From Octopus bimaculoides (Eukaryota), in assembly GCF_001194135.2 (NCBI RefSeq), contig NC_068985.1, forward strand, positions 7,279,641 to 7,343,640: 64,000 bases of DNA, read 5' to 3'. Shown piece after piece: positions 38,822 to 51,045 of this stretch. The translations under genes and the position numbers were made by a program. The notes beneath the pieces were generated by a model that searched no databases, was not told the origin of the DNA, and worked only from the letters and a program-made list of their open reading frames with translations. Within the stretch, counting starts at the first letter, position 1; the number at the start of each line of letters is the position of its first letter.

Positions 38822-38899
38822 TATAATTCCCTTTTAACACAGTATAAGATGCAAAACCTAAGCAAAATGGGACATACACGCGGACATGAACGACCGTAG

Positions 38900-39375
38900 T
38901 TCCTTGGGCGAATGTCTTCTACTACAGGCCAGACCGGCGAAAGTGGATCTGGTAAACGGAAACTGAAAGAATCCCGTCGTATACATATATATGTGTGTGT
39001 GTCTTTTGTGTTTGTCCACCACCAACGCTTGGCAACCGATGTTGATTTGTTGACGTAACCATCATCTGGCGCTTTAGCAAGAAAAAAAGAGAACAATGGA
39101 ATAAGTACACGCCTTACAAATATGTACTGGGACCTATTTGTTTGACTGAACCCTTCAAGGTTACAATGCGTGGTACAGTGTGGTGTGTGCAGTCGCATTT
39201 GTGAAGTCAGTCGTAGAAGACGTTGAGAAGACATATTAGTTTGTTACATGTTTGTTACTCATTTAGTTTCTGTAGTGTTGTAACACTGTTACAGTGTATC
39301 TATATTTAAACTCAATGATTTAAGAAAGGTGGTGCTCCAGCATGGCCGCAGTCCAGTGACTAAAACACTTAAAAG
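38900..39375 (+). mobile_element. SINE2 (degraded, 5'-truncated), interrupted by a 164-bp insert at 39162-39325
   Basis: ccttgggcgaatgtcttctac..ggaaactgaaagaatcccgtcg..cccttcaaggt [insert] aaggtggtgctccagcatggccgcagtc. Confidence 0.8.
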
Positions 39376-39641
39376 ACAATAGATAAAATCTGTACTAAGC
39401 ATCGCTGAGCTGTGTAGCATGGCAGGGAATGAGTCAATATTTACGAAAGAAAGGCAGCTGGAGAGTCTCTTTAATTTTTATAGCCCAAAGAAAACGTCTG
39501 ACATGAAATTATACGATATGACATGAGATGTAATTAATATAACATATAGAAACTTAGTTTCCATTCAAATTATTTATCACATGAATTTCTTTAATGATAG
39601 TGAAGTTGGAGTATACACACAAACAAACACACACACAAGCT

Positions 39642-39739
<98 letters not shown>

Positions 39740-39881
39740 CATATACATATATATATATTATTTAACACAAATACTATGTTACAGAATAATAAATTGTACT
39801 CTACAAAATCTATTAAGCAATCCGTCAGTTTAATGTAGAAGTGGATTTATTATAACTTATAAAATCAAATATTAATATATT

Positions 39882-39916
<35 letters not shown>

Positions 39917-40692
39917 TATTGTTTAACAAGAATAATGTGTTAAAGAAGATGAATGATGAATTTGTACGCTACAAAAGCTATTAAGTGACCCTTCAGTTTA
40001 ATGTAAAATTGTTTTTATGGCTTCACATAAGATCGAACATTAATGTGCATTAGTGTGTGTGTGTGTGTGTGTATACATACATTTATTAACACGTATATAC
40101 AGGTAAATATATGTGCATACATAACTACACTCACATAGCCACACACACAAACACACAAATACAAACTCATACATAGACTCTCACGTAAGTTCTCCGCGCA
40201 AAGTTTTGCAAAATAGTGTTATAGCATTTTCATTGAGTGAAAAAGTCGTTCAAATATCCACCACCCCACCCCCGCCCCGCTTTCTTACAGTAATCAAAGA
40301 CTCCATCACAGGTGATCCATTTCTGACATCGTTGAATCCAACCCCCGAATCCACATGCAGATATGCACTTTTGTATCCATTTCTTCTCACTCCAGTTACC
40401 CCGCATCTTCGTCATCAACTCTTTCTCCCCGAAGGCCAAGAGGCAAATCAGAGGATTCCACATCCGGGAAATATGGTGAAAAGGAATCACTGACCAATCT
40501 TTTTTTTTTTTTAATATCGATCGTTCTCAAATTCTTCTTCCATCTTTCCTTCGCTTCTCTATTTTTCTGAGTATTTCTGAGTGTTCGGAAAACACGTGTT
40601 CTGAAAACACAAACCGTAAGAAATTTCGCCATATTGGAAATTTTGCCATATTAGAAAACACGTTGCATGGACAATGATAAAGCGTATTATAT

Positions 40693-40872
40693 TCTTTTTA
40701 ATTCTCTCAGTCATTTGACTTCCACCATTCTGGAGCACCGCCTTTAATCGAACAAATCGATCCCAGGACTTATTCTACTGGTTTCTTTTGTCGAAGCGCT
40801 AAGTTACGGGGACGTAAATACACCAACATCGCTTGTCAAGCTATGGTGAGGGAGTGACAAACAAACCCATAA

Positions 40873-40921
<49 letters not shown>

Positions 40922-41623
40922 NNNNNNNNNNNNNNNNNNNNNNNNNNNNNNNNNNNNNNNNNNNNNNNNNNNNNNNNNNNNNNNNNNNNNNNNNNNNNNN
41001 NNNNNNNNNNNNNNNNNNNNNNNNNNNNNNNNNNNNNNNNNNNNNNNNNNNNNNNNNNNNNNNNNNNNNNNNNNNNNNNNNNNNNNNNNNNNNNNNNNNN
41101 NNNNNNNNNNNNNNNNNNNNNNNNNNNNNNNNNNNNNNNNNNNNNNNNNNNNNNNNNNNNNNNNNNNNNNNNNNNNNNNNNNNNNNNNNNNNNNNNNNNN
41201 NNNNNNNNNNNNNNNNNNNNNNNNNNNNNNNNNNNNNNNNNNNNNNNNNNNNNNNNNNNNNNNNNNNNNNNNNNNNNNNNNNNNNNNNNNNNNNNNNNNN
41301 NNNNNNNNNNNNNNNNNNNNNNNNNNNNNNNNNNNNNNNNNNNNNNNNNNNNNNNNNNNNNNNNNNNNNNNNNNNNNNNNNNNNNNNNNNNNNNNNNNNN
41401 NNNNNNNNNNNNNNNNNNNNNNNNNNNNNNNNNNNNNNNNNNNNNNNNNNNNNNNNNNTATATACATACGACGGGCTTCTTTCAATTTCCGTCTACCAAA
41501 TCCACTCACAAGGCTTTGGTCGGCCCGAGCCTATAGTAGAAGACACTTGCCCAAGGTACCACGCAGTGAGACTGAACCTGGAAACGTGGTTGGTAAGCAA
41601 GTTACTTAACACACAGCCACTCC
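40693..41623 (-). mobile_element. SINE2, full length; its internal (CA)/(TA) tract spans the N-gap at 40922-41458
   Basis: The 3' half lies left of the gap and the 5' half (gacgggcttctttc..cacagccactcc) right of it, in the correct order and orientation. Confidence 0.93.
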
Positions 41624-42394
41624 TTTTTTTTATAAAAAGAAAGAATGATAAAGGATTTTATAAACGCAGTAATTAAGCAAATAAGGAAATTGATCACTTT
41701 AGGTTTTCCTCATGGGACCCCTCTCAGAAAACGGATTTTGGTACACCCGACAGTCTACAGGAAAATCGTTTAGGTTAGGTGGCCCTCTTTTCTTCTTCCT
41801 TTCTTTCTTACTAATATGCCAGACTTAAGGGTGGGTGATATAAATGCACGATGCCTGAGGTCACTATGGAAAAATTCGCGATTTAAATGACACAGTTCAG
41901 TAGCTGTTGTGACTCAATTCAGTGACAGTTGCATGGCTGTCGCAGTGTTTGCCATTATAGCTTAGACAAAATCGGTTATAATGAGACAGGGTAACAGTTC
42001 TAAAGACAAAACTCAACTCAACGACTGGTGTATTGAAACAGTGTTTTTAATGACAACTCACCACTACTCAAAATAACAAAGATATTAATGAGATACACTA
42101 GGTACTTGAAATGAGATGTCAGTGAGGCTGTAATTTCTCTTGATAAGTCTTAATTCCACTGGAATCGCACCGTAGCGTAAGAGGTAGAAGTTCTTTCTTT
42201 CTAACTAAAAAAAGAACTTTATTTTTTTTTAAATCACCATTATCGTAATATAAACCTTCGAAAATATAAAGGTCAAACTTCATAAACTAAATGCATTATT
42301 TTAAAAGTTACGAGGAAATAAATGCATGATGTGGCGGAGGACATTAAACTGTACTTAAGTCTAAACATATCTGAGTACACAAAGTGCTTTATTA

Positions 42395-42622
42395 TTGGGT
42401 TGTCCGGAAAGTTCATGCCGATTTTTGAAGGAAAGAAAAAGGTCAATAAATACTTGCCATTACATTTTTAATCAACCAAATATGAACCATTTTGTTGCAC
42501 AATGCGTCTCCATATTTCCTTTAACTTGAAAATACCCTCTTCTCTCAATAGAGGTGGTTTCATGGCAAATATGTTGAAAGGTAAGCTACTATAAATAGGC
42601 ACAAACTTTCCGGACAACCCAA
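42395..42622 (-). mobile_element. Mariner-derived MITE, 228 bp
   Basis: 25-bp TIRs ttgggttgtccggaaagttcatgcc and ttgggttgtccggaaagtttgtgcc (23/25). TA duplication at 42393-42394 and 42623-42624. The interior keeps the mariner C-terminus WRRIVQQNGSYLVD* on the minus strand. Confidence 0.93.
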
Positions 42623-42667
42623 TATAAAACAAAAGTACATAGACAATTTGTTTCTATATAAGTAAAC

Positions 42668-42967
42668 GGGAGCACTCCGTCGGTTACGATGACGGGGGTC
42701 CCAGCTGATACGATCAACGGAACAGCTTGCTCGTGAAATTAACATGCAAGTGGCTGAGCACTCCACAGACACGTGTATCCCTAACGCAGTTCTCAGGGAT
42801 ATTCAGCGTGACAGATAGCGTGACAAGGTTGGCCTTTTGAAATACAGGTACAACTCATTTTTGCCAGCTGAGTGGACTGGAGCAACGTGAAATAAAGTGT
42901 CTTGTTCAAGGACACAACGCGTCGCTTGAAATTGAATGCTCCCAACCACTAAGCCACGCGCCTTCAC
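42668..42967 (-). mobile_element. SINE3 (tRNA-derived, V/CORE-like central motif), near full length
   Basis: Minus head gtgaaggcgcgtggcttagtggttggg, then gtgtccttgaacaagacactttatttcacgttgctccagtccactcagctgg. Second copy at 44187. Confidence 0.88.
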
Positions 42968-43377
42968 TATATAACTCTGTACCAGCTTTGATTAAGTAGA
43001 ATTGGATCCAACATATCCCAAACGTGGCTATCCAAACTTCTCGAAGATTTGTGTACGTAATATTACATGATTCAATGACCCTTTTTTGAAGATGGCAGGG
43101 TTTGATCTGAGCACACTTTGGTTGTCATATCAGCAGATCGATTCATCGCATAAAAGCTTCAATACTTGTTTCTACATGTGACTGAGATTTTTTCTTGCTT
43201 ATCATCTGTGATACCGTTATGTTGTAGTTTTAAAACCGCCAATGAAAATAAAATTTAGATATGGAGGCAAAAAACGAATGAATTTTATTATAAATACTGA
43301 AGAGAGCACATGTTGTTTTAATTTACTGCTTGCAACATTTGTTAATATACATACATATAAATATATATCAAATCATG

Positions 43378-43421
<44 letters not shown>

Positions 43422-43482
43422 TATATACTCATTTACTGTGTGCAACTTTTTGGGCTTATGCACACACCCACACATATATGTA

Positions 43483-43523
<41 letters not shown>

Positions 43524-44140
43524 GTAGAACCACAAGGTTGCACACTGTAAATCAGTAAATGAACGAAATATATGTTTTTAATATTGATTTTAAAATATAT
43601 TAGTTTCAAAAAATATTACCTTTTAAAATATATTATTTTTTGTATTTTACTTTTGTTGGCAGTTTGAAAGCAACAAACTAATGTCNNNNNNNNNNNNNNN
43701 NNNNNNNNNNNNNNNNNNNNNNNNNNNNNNNNNNNNNNNNNNNNNNNNNNNNNNNNNNNNNNNNNNNNNNNNNNNNNNNNNNNNNNNNNNNNNNNNNNNN
43801 NNNNNNNNNNNNNNNNNNNNNNNNNNNNNNNNNNNNNNNNNNNNNNNNNNNNNNNNNNNNNNNNNNNNNNNNNNNNNNNNNNNNNNNNNNNNNNNNNNNN
43901 NNNNNNNNNNNNNNNNNNNNNNNNNNNNNNNNNNNNNNNNNNNNNNNNNNNNNNNNNNNNNNNNNNNNNNNNNNNNNNNNNNNNNNNNNNTACCATATTT
44001 TTATTTTAAAAATATATAATAATGGTAAGTTTCAAGATTTTACCATTTATGCTCGAGTCTGCTGCAACAACAGCTTCATAGGAATGTGAATAACTTTTAA
44101 TCAGTTCGTTTCATAATAATTTGGCTGTCAGAAGGCTTTT

Positions 44141-44183
<43 letters not shown>

Positions 44184-44186
44184 TCT

Positions 44187-44445
44187 GGTACTCCGTCGCT
44201 TACAACGACGCGGCTTCCAGTCATCCGATCAATTGAACAGCTTGCTCGTGAAATTAACGTGAAAGTGGCTGAGTACTCCACAGACACTCGTACCCTTAAT
44301 GTAGTTCTCAGCGAGATTCAGAGTGACACAGAACGTGACAAGGCTGACCCTTTGAAATATAGCTGCTACTCTCTTTTTGCAGCTCAGTGAGCTGAAGCAA
44401 CGTGAAATAAAGTGTCTTGCTCAAGGAAGCAACGCGTCGCCGTGG
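44187..44445 (-). mobile_element. SINE3, head truncated
   Basis: Colinear with 42668-42967 (gaacagcttgctcgtgaaattaac..gcaacgtgaaataaagtgtcttgctcaagga). Confidence 0.88.
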
Positions 44446-44576
44446 TCGAAAAGAAAATCTCTCATTTTTTACTCCTTACCACATTACCTGCGAGAGACTT
44501 AACAGTTTTACCTGCCGGTGGGGTCCTTATTTCGTTGCACATAGTCTGTATGTTGTAGACTTTGACACTGTAGTGT

Positions 44577-44812
44577 GTTCTTATTTCTTTATTGCCCTCA
44601 AGGGGCTAAACATAGAGAGGACAAACAAGGACAGACAAAGGGATTATGTCGATTACATCGACCCCTGTGCGTAACTAGTGCTTATTTAATCGACCCCGGA
44701 AGGATGAAAGGCAAAGTCGACCTCGACGGAATTTGAACTCAGAACGTAACGGCAGACGAAATACCACTAAGCATTTCGCCCGGCACGCTAACGTTTCTGC
44801 CAGCTCGCCGCC
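44577..44812 (-). mobile_element. SINE1, tail B, full length with a 9-bp TSD
   Basis: TSD gtgtgttct at 44573-44581 and 44817-44825 (AGAACACAC in element orientation). Confidence 0.95.
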
Positions 44813-45233
44813 TTATGTGTGTTCTATGTTGTGCCGAGGCCAGTTTGTGGTTTCAAGTTAATATGTGGCTCATGCTCTCATCAAACCTTCTAAATGTGCG
44901 GGATTCTGGTTTGACATTACGCTCCAACTGATATCTCTAGTTGTATCTAATAATGAGTCACAACGTAGCCACAGTTACAAAACATTCACTTTACCTCTCA
45001 GCCGTAAAACTACTTATGAATCTGTTGTGGATCTGTTGTTTGTTATAAACCACTTTATTTAATCATTTGGAATTTTGTGTGGAAGCGGTTTCAGTTCTCA
45101 TACTGCGCTCATTTTCCTCATTGTTCTTTGTTTTAATCCCTTCTTTGGTTATTTAACGCTTTATGCGGTACTTCTCCTTCTTGTAGTGTTTTAAGTACCA
45201 AATTCCTTAGGAGATTTTTAAGATTCCTATCCG

Positions 45234-45665
<432 letters not shown>

Positions 45666-46011
45666 TTAAAAAGAAATATGGAACGCTTCACGAATTTACT
45701 TGTCATCCTTGAGCAGGGGCCATGTTAATCCATGTGCATTTTTATACACTAGGTGCAACATTTCGCTTTTCTTGTGTTTAGCAGCTTCTGGCACAAGTTT
45801 GTTATTTTTTATTAGTCCAACTTTTAAAGATTCCATGTGTTATTACCTCATGTGGAATCACCTTAAAGGTGTTATCTCCTCAAATTTTACATATCCATGT
45901 GTTCTGGGTCGAAACTATATTATAGTTTTTTATCTTCTAGATATTATAGTCTAAATTTTGCGAATAGATTTCTTCTTTTGGCGTCTAGTTTCTTAAATAT
46001 CTTCAATAATA

Positions 46012-46397
46012 GGTGCAAGCGTGACGAAGAAGTTTGCTTGCCAATCACATGGTTCCGGGTTCAATTCCACTGCATAGCACCTTGGGTAAGTGTCTTATAC
46101 TAGCCTCGGACCGTCCAAAACCTTGTCAGTGAATGTGGTAGACAGAAACTCAATGAAGCTCGTCATGTGTGTGTGTGTGTGTGTGTGTGATTTTATGTCT
46201 GTGTTTATTTCCCGCCACAGCCGATGTTGGTATGCTCACGCCCGCGTAACTTAACGGTTCGGCAAAAGAACAGATAGAACAAGCTCCAAGCTTAAAATGA
46301 AAATAAGTACTAGGGTCGATCATTGCACTAAAACTTCTTCAAGGCGGTGCCCCAGCATGGCCCCAGTGTAATGATTGAAGCAAGTAAGCGATAAAAG
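46012..46397 (+). mobile_element. SINE2, older diverged full-length copy with internal (TG)n
   Basis: catggttccgggttcaattccactgc..ccttgggtaagtgtctt..aaggcggtgccccagcatggcc. Confidence 0.88.
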
Positions 46398-46468
46398 CTA
46401 ACAGAATAGTCTACTACATTGTTGTAACTTATTCGAAATAGCGTTTTACGATTTGGTTTCCTTTTAAC

Positions 46469-46690
46469 GCGGTGAGCTGGCAGAATCGTTAGCACGCCGG
46501 ACGAAACGCTTAGCGATATTTCGTCCGTCTTTACGTTCTGAGTTCAAATTCCGCTGAGGTCGACTTTGCCTTTCATCCTTTCGGGGTCGATAAATTAACT
46601 ACCAGTTGCGTACTGAGGTCGATCTAACCGACTGGCCCCCTCCCTGCAAAATATTCCGGGCCTTGTGCCTAGAACAGAAACGAATAGAAA
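46469..46690 (+). mobile_element. SINE1, tail A, full length with an 18-bp TSD
   Basis: TSD acgatttggtttcctttt (46448-46465) and acgatttgatttcctatt (46690-46707), 16/18. Confidence 0.95.
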
Positions 46691-47141
46691 CGATTTGATT
46701 TCCTATTCAAAGATCATCATAGTTGAGCAGGTTTATTCATTACAGTTGCTTCCTACATACTCTTACGTCGAATTTGGTCGTCTTCGTTGACTTCCACGTG
46801 ATTATATATGCCTACGCCTATTCCTTACTACCATATGCGTGATTGATGAAACTGTAAATTATTACCGACATGATCAGCTTTTTCTTTTGTTCTTGTTTCA
46901 AAACGACTCTGGTACAATCGTCAAACCACGCTTGTCACACCCTCGACATTTCACAGTCCTCAAAACACTTTTCTAACTAAGTCAACCATTTCTATTTCAT
47001 CCATTTCTATTTCAACGTCTCAATTGCTTCTATTGTTTACTGCTGATCTCGTGTTCGCATTTATATTTCGCTCATAATGCTTTCTTTCGCCACATTGCTT
47101 ATGTAACTTTTATGGCGTTCGTATGTTTTCGACATCGTACC

Positions 47142-47142
<1 letters not shown>

Positions 47143-47198
<56 letters not shown>

Positions 47199-47256
47199 CA
47201 GCAACAGCAGCAACAGCAGCAGCAGCAACAGCAGCAGCAGCAACAGCAGCAGCAGC

Positions 47257-47312
<56 letters not shown>

Positions 47313-47340
47313 CAGCAGCAGTAGTAGTAGTAGTAGTAGT
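47143..47340. repeat. Compound trinucleotide repeat (AGT)n-(CAG/CAA)n-(AGT)n
   Basis: Directly visible. Confidence 0.97.
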
Positions 47341-47509
47341 TTTGAACTAGAAGAATATGGCATCCTCGGCCCAAAACAGGTTAATGCTTTTAATGACCAT
47401 CCTTTATGCCTGTCTGCGTTGACTTACCAATTCCAGTAACACAAATCCTCTCAATTCCAAGAGCTGATTTAATCGACAATACTTTAAAAACATTAATATT
47501 ATTCACAAT

Positions 47510-47630
47510 GTGCCTTCGAAATTGACTTTGCCTTTCCTCCATTCGGCTCGATAAAATAAGCACCAGTCGAGCACTAGAGTCGATGCAATCGGCTAGCCGT
47601 CAACCTCAAAGTTTCAGGTCTTGCGCATGC
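47510..47630 (+). mobile_element. Degraded SINE1 fragment (core plus tail A)
   Basis: gactttgcctttcctccattcggctcgataaaataagcaccagtcgagcactagagtcgatgcaatcg. Confidence 0.7.
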
Positions 47631-47904
47631 GTTAAAAATCATCCTCGTCATCATTATCATCCTTATTGAATCATTGACTCAAAATGATTTTATACATGTG
47701 TATACCATTATTCTTCCCTTTTTTTATGTGGCAATGTCTATATTATTCTCTCAGTGGGAGTTCTGTGGATATATTCGTCTATGTGAGAACACTAGCTATC
47801 AGGTATCGAATAGTTATCAAATTAATTGTTTCCTTATATAGAATGGATAACATAGATTTCACGTTAGTCCGTTATTTCTTTAATTATGGAGCTATGGCAA
47901 AGAA

Positions 47905-48200
47905 CGAATCAAGTTTCGATTAGAGAGCAAATATTTAAGAAAAGGTGGAAGTGGATTGGTAGCACACTTAGAAAGGACACACCAAATGCAGCGAAAAGTG
48001 CTTTACAGTGGAGTCCGGATGGATATAGAAAGAGGGGTAGGCCTAAGAACTCGTGGCGTAGATCAACACAAAAGGAACTAGAGAAAGGGGGACATTCATG
48101 TCAGAGTATCAGTACAGAAGCGAAAAATTATGCGACATGGAATTCAATTATAAGTGGCCTATACTCCGCGTTGGGGGGTTAAAGGCAAGAAAGAAAGAAC
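47905..48200 (+). mobile_element. RTE-clade LINE 3' end
   Basis: IREQIFKKRWKWIGSTLRKDTPNAAKSALQWSPDGYRKRGRPKNSWRR..W (RW.WIGH.LR and G.RKRGRP..W motifs). Stop at 48180-48182, then an (AAGA)n tail. Confidence 0.88.
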
Positions 48201-48339
48201 ATCTGTACTTCCGGTGTTAATTTAGAGTCTAAATTAACATCACAAACATTGACCATTTTCTGCAGCAAATTCAAAACAGTATTTCACAAATAAAACCTAA
48301 CTTAACCCATTATTTTGTTTGTTTTTTAGTCACCCCGTT

Positions 48340-48422
48340 ATCGCCCCATTTTTCTTCAAGGACCTCCTGGATCTTTCCACCGCCCCCAGGAGGGGCGGTA
48401 CCGCCCACTTTGGGAACCAGTG
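48340..48422 (-). mobile_element. hAT-Charlie-like transposon end
   Basis: Reverse complement cactggttcccaaagtgggcggtaccgcccc resembles the CAGTGGTTCCCAAA termini of Charlie-type hATs. No partner end found. Confidence 0.6.
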
Positions 48423-48585
48423 ATTTAGATTAATGGTTACAGCCACAGAAACCGTAATTGCAGTGCTGTCATTCAAAGGCGGATGTGTCCGTGACTACAC
48501 GGCCTCCACTGCAAATTTTACGTGTCTTTTTTAGGACAAGATTTGAAAAAGGACAAGTTAGCTTTACTTTCTGGTATGTTAAATG

Positions 48586-49077
48586 CAAAGATGGGCACCG
48601 TTGATCGAAAAGTTAACTTCGTTAACCGTTAATCCGTTAACCAAAAAGTTAACTTCGATAATTGTTAATCAGTGAATTCTTTAAAAATGTAACGGATATT
48701 TTAAACCGTTAACGTTAATTTTCATGACAGAAAAAAAACAAACAATTAATTTTTGCTCTATAAATCACCAAAAAACACCTTTATAAAGTGCCAAAACTAC
48801 AAAATCCGTTAACTTCGATAGAATTGAAGTTAACGGAAGTTAACTCAAGTTGATTTGAGTTAACGGAAGTTAAATGTAACGGAAGTTAAATGTAACGGAA
48901 GTTAAATGTAACGGAAGTTAAATGTAACGGAAGTTAAATGTAACGGAAGTTAAATGTAACGGAAGTTAATCAATCCGATAATGATTTCGAAAGTTAACTT
49001 AGAAGTTAAATCGTTAACGAAAATGTTAAAGTCATTAATTAACGAATTACAGATTGACGGTTTGATGTCCAGGTTCG
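48586..49077. mobile_element. Non-autonomous hAT-like element, 492 bp, with an 8-bp TSD and an internal 16-bp tandem array
   Basis: gttaaatg at 48578-48585 and 49078-49085. Degenerate TIRs caaagatgggcacc and cgaacctggacatc (9/14). Dense GTTAAC subterminal motifs. Confidence 0.65.
48861..48969 (+). repeat. Perfect 16-bp tandem repeat (TAACGGAAGTTAAATG), six full copies plus a 13-bp partial
   Basis: Units start at 48861, 48877, 48893, 48909, 48925, 48941 and 48957; no spacers. Confidence 0.98.
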
Positions 49078-49479
49078 GTTAAATGGCCTCCGTGAGACAC
49101 ATCCTGGCTTATCTTGATAGTTTATGTGATTAAATATTAATACTGTTCAAAATTTGAAACCAATATAAATACTGTGTGCATCAGCTGAAGCTCAAATCCT
49201 CCGTCTCTACATTTATTCTAGAACATTTGAAACAGCATTGGCTTTTCTTTTTTACACACCCACTTTTAGAAAATTGACTTTAGAATGTGTGTTTCTATCT
49301 ATTTTCTTTTTTTAGTACTTTTTGGCATTCTACTTCATTGTTATCTTTTATTTGGTTTAGTTCGCATTTTACTCGCTGTTTTCTCACTATCTGTCAAATC
49401 CAATTGGTTGTCGATGCGTAATGTATTATCGTCTTGTCTATACCGATGTATTTTCTGTTTCTTAATGCTACTTTATTAT

Positions 49480-50690
49480 ACTAATCAGCCTTCCATTTAG
49501 GCCTTCGCCCCAATTTTTACAAGAGCAATTACTATTATGCTTGCTTTATACTGTTTCTCTCTGAGTCTAGTTATTATCCTGCCAGCGCACGTGATATTTG
49601 TTTATATCGTCTGTGAGTTCGAAAAGCACAGGTTAATTATTCGTTTACTTATCTGGATACATGCCTTAAATTAAACTCCATTATATTATTTCTAACACAT
49701 AGCTTACAACCGGAATCTTCTTGTATTGAATTGTTTTTGCAGGAATTCTTCTTTTCTGAATTTTCATTCATGTTTGTTGTTTCGTGTATATTATATATGC
49801 CTGTAGTGTGACTCAGTTCTCATTTTTAAATTTCGACGTCTAACTCTAAATAATCGTTTGTTTGTTTTGCTTTTTGTCTTTTTATTTGTTTTTTCAGTTT
49901 TAATTTATTAACCTGTACTAACAGTATCTTCATAGCACTGTCTATTCTAATACTCCTTGTATCTTCTAAAGTCACATAGTTTTAATGTGTCTTGTGCTAA
50001 CTGCTGTCTCGTAAAGAGTTCCAAACAAATATAAATAATGGCGAAAAATTATTTCTCCGTAGCATTTGTAACGATTGGGTGTTCATATTGTTGTTGTTGT
50101 TGCTTAATCAGATCATCGCTAATTAAAGTATCCATAAGGGAAAGTATTTCAGACACGGCCTGACATTTTTTTTTCCTGCTATATCTAGGGCTACATCATC
50201 TACAATGCTTTTGGTTAAGATCGTATCTCTTATTTGATGAAAAATTGACTGATTTTTTTAACGAGTTACGTGATCATCTGTTGATTCATATAAGCTTTGT
50301 TAGCTTGATTCAGCAAAAGTATTTACCACATCACAGACTGGCTGAAAAATAGCTCAGTTACGGAATGTTCTTCCTTAACAATTTCTCTTCTTATACTTCA
50401 ATACAACGAAATGGATAAATCTTTGAAGCTGGATTTAATAATTCTACTATCATAGAGTTTTGTTCACGTTGCTATTTCACGGTTGACATAGTTTCTTAGT
50501 AATAAGTCTGTCTCGTTTATATCCAGAAGATTCTGATATTCAGAGTGTGTTACTCTGTCAAAAGGCCTTTCAATAATCAGTCTATGTCATACTGCGATAT
50601 TTTTCTCTCTTGTGCTGTCATTATAATCGCACCGTTAGCTAAGATTTGTTCATTACATCCATGCATTCATATCCGACACATTGTCTATTC
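49480..50690 (-). mobile_element. Highly decayed R4/Dong-type reverse transcriptase region, interrupted at about 50090-50210
   Basis: GCNEQILANGAIIMTAQERKISQYDIELIIERPFDRVTH resembles GC.EQLL....I...A.......WID..KAFD.V.H. IPVVSYVLEII*W resembles IPV..YSFGIINW. Confidence 0.5.
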
Positions 50691-50741
50691 CTCAGGTAAC
50701 ATGTTATTAATTTCCAGATGAGCTGTCAAACATTTGAAGAG

Positions 50742-51045
<304 letters not shown>

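Noticed and set aside
41770-41782. TTAGGTTAGG as a telomeric repeat
   Set aside because: Only two units, so not an array.
43575-44050. Repeated ttttaaaatatat motifs on both sides of the 43686-43990 gap as transposon termini
   Set aside because: The matches are short, AT-only and not a clear inverted pair, and the gap prevents assessment.
48861-48969. 16-bp repeat array as a possible CRISPR
   Set aside because: The units are directly adjacent with no spacers, there are no cas genes, and the context is eukaryotic.
50180-50210. VDD on the minus strand as the catalytic YxDD of the decayed R4/Dong RT
   Set aside because: It lies in the 50090-50210 segment, which looks like a separate short repeat. 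It is not used as evidence.
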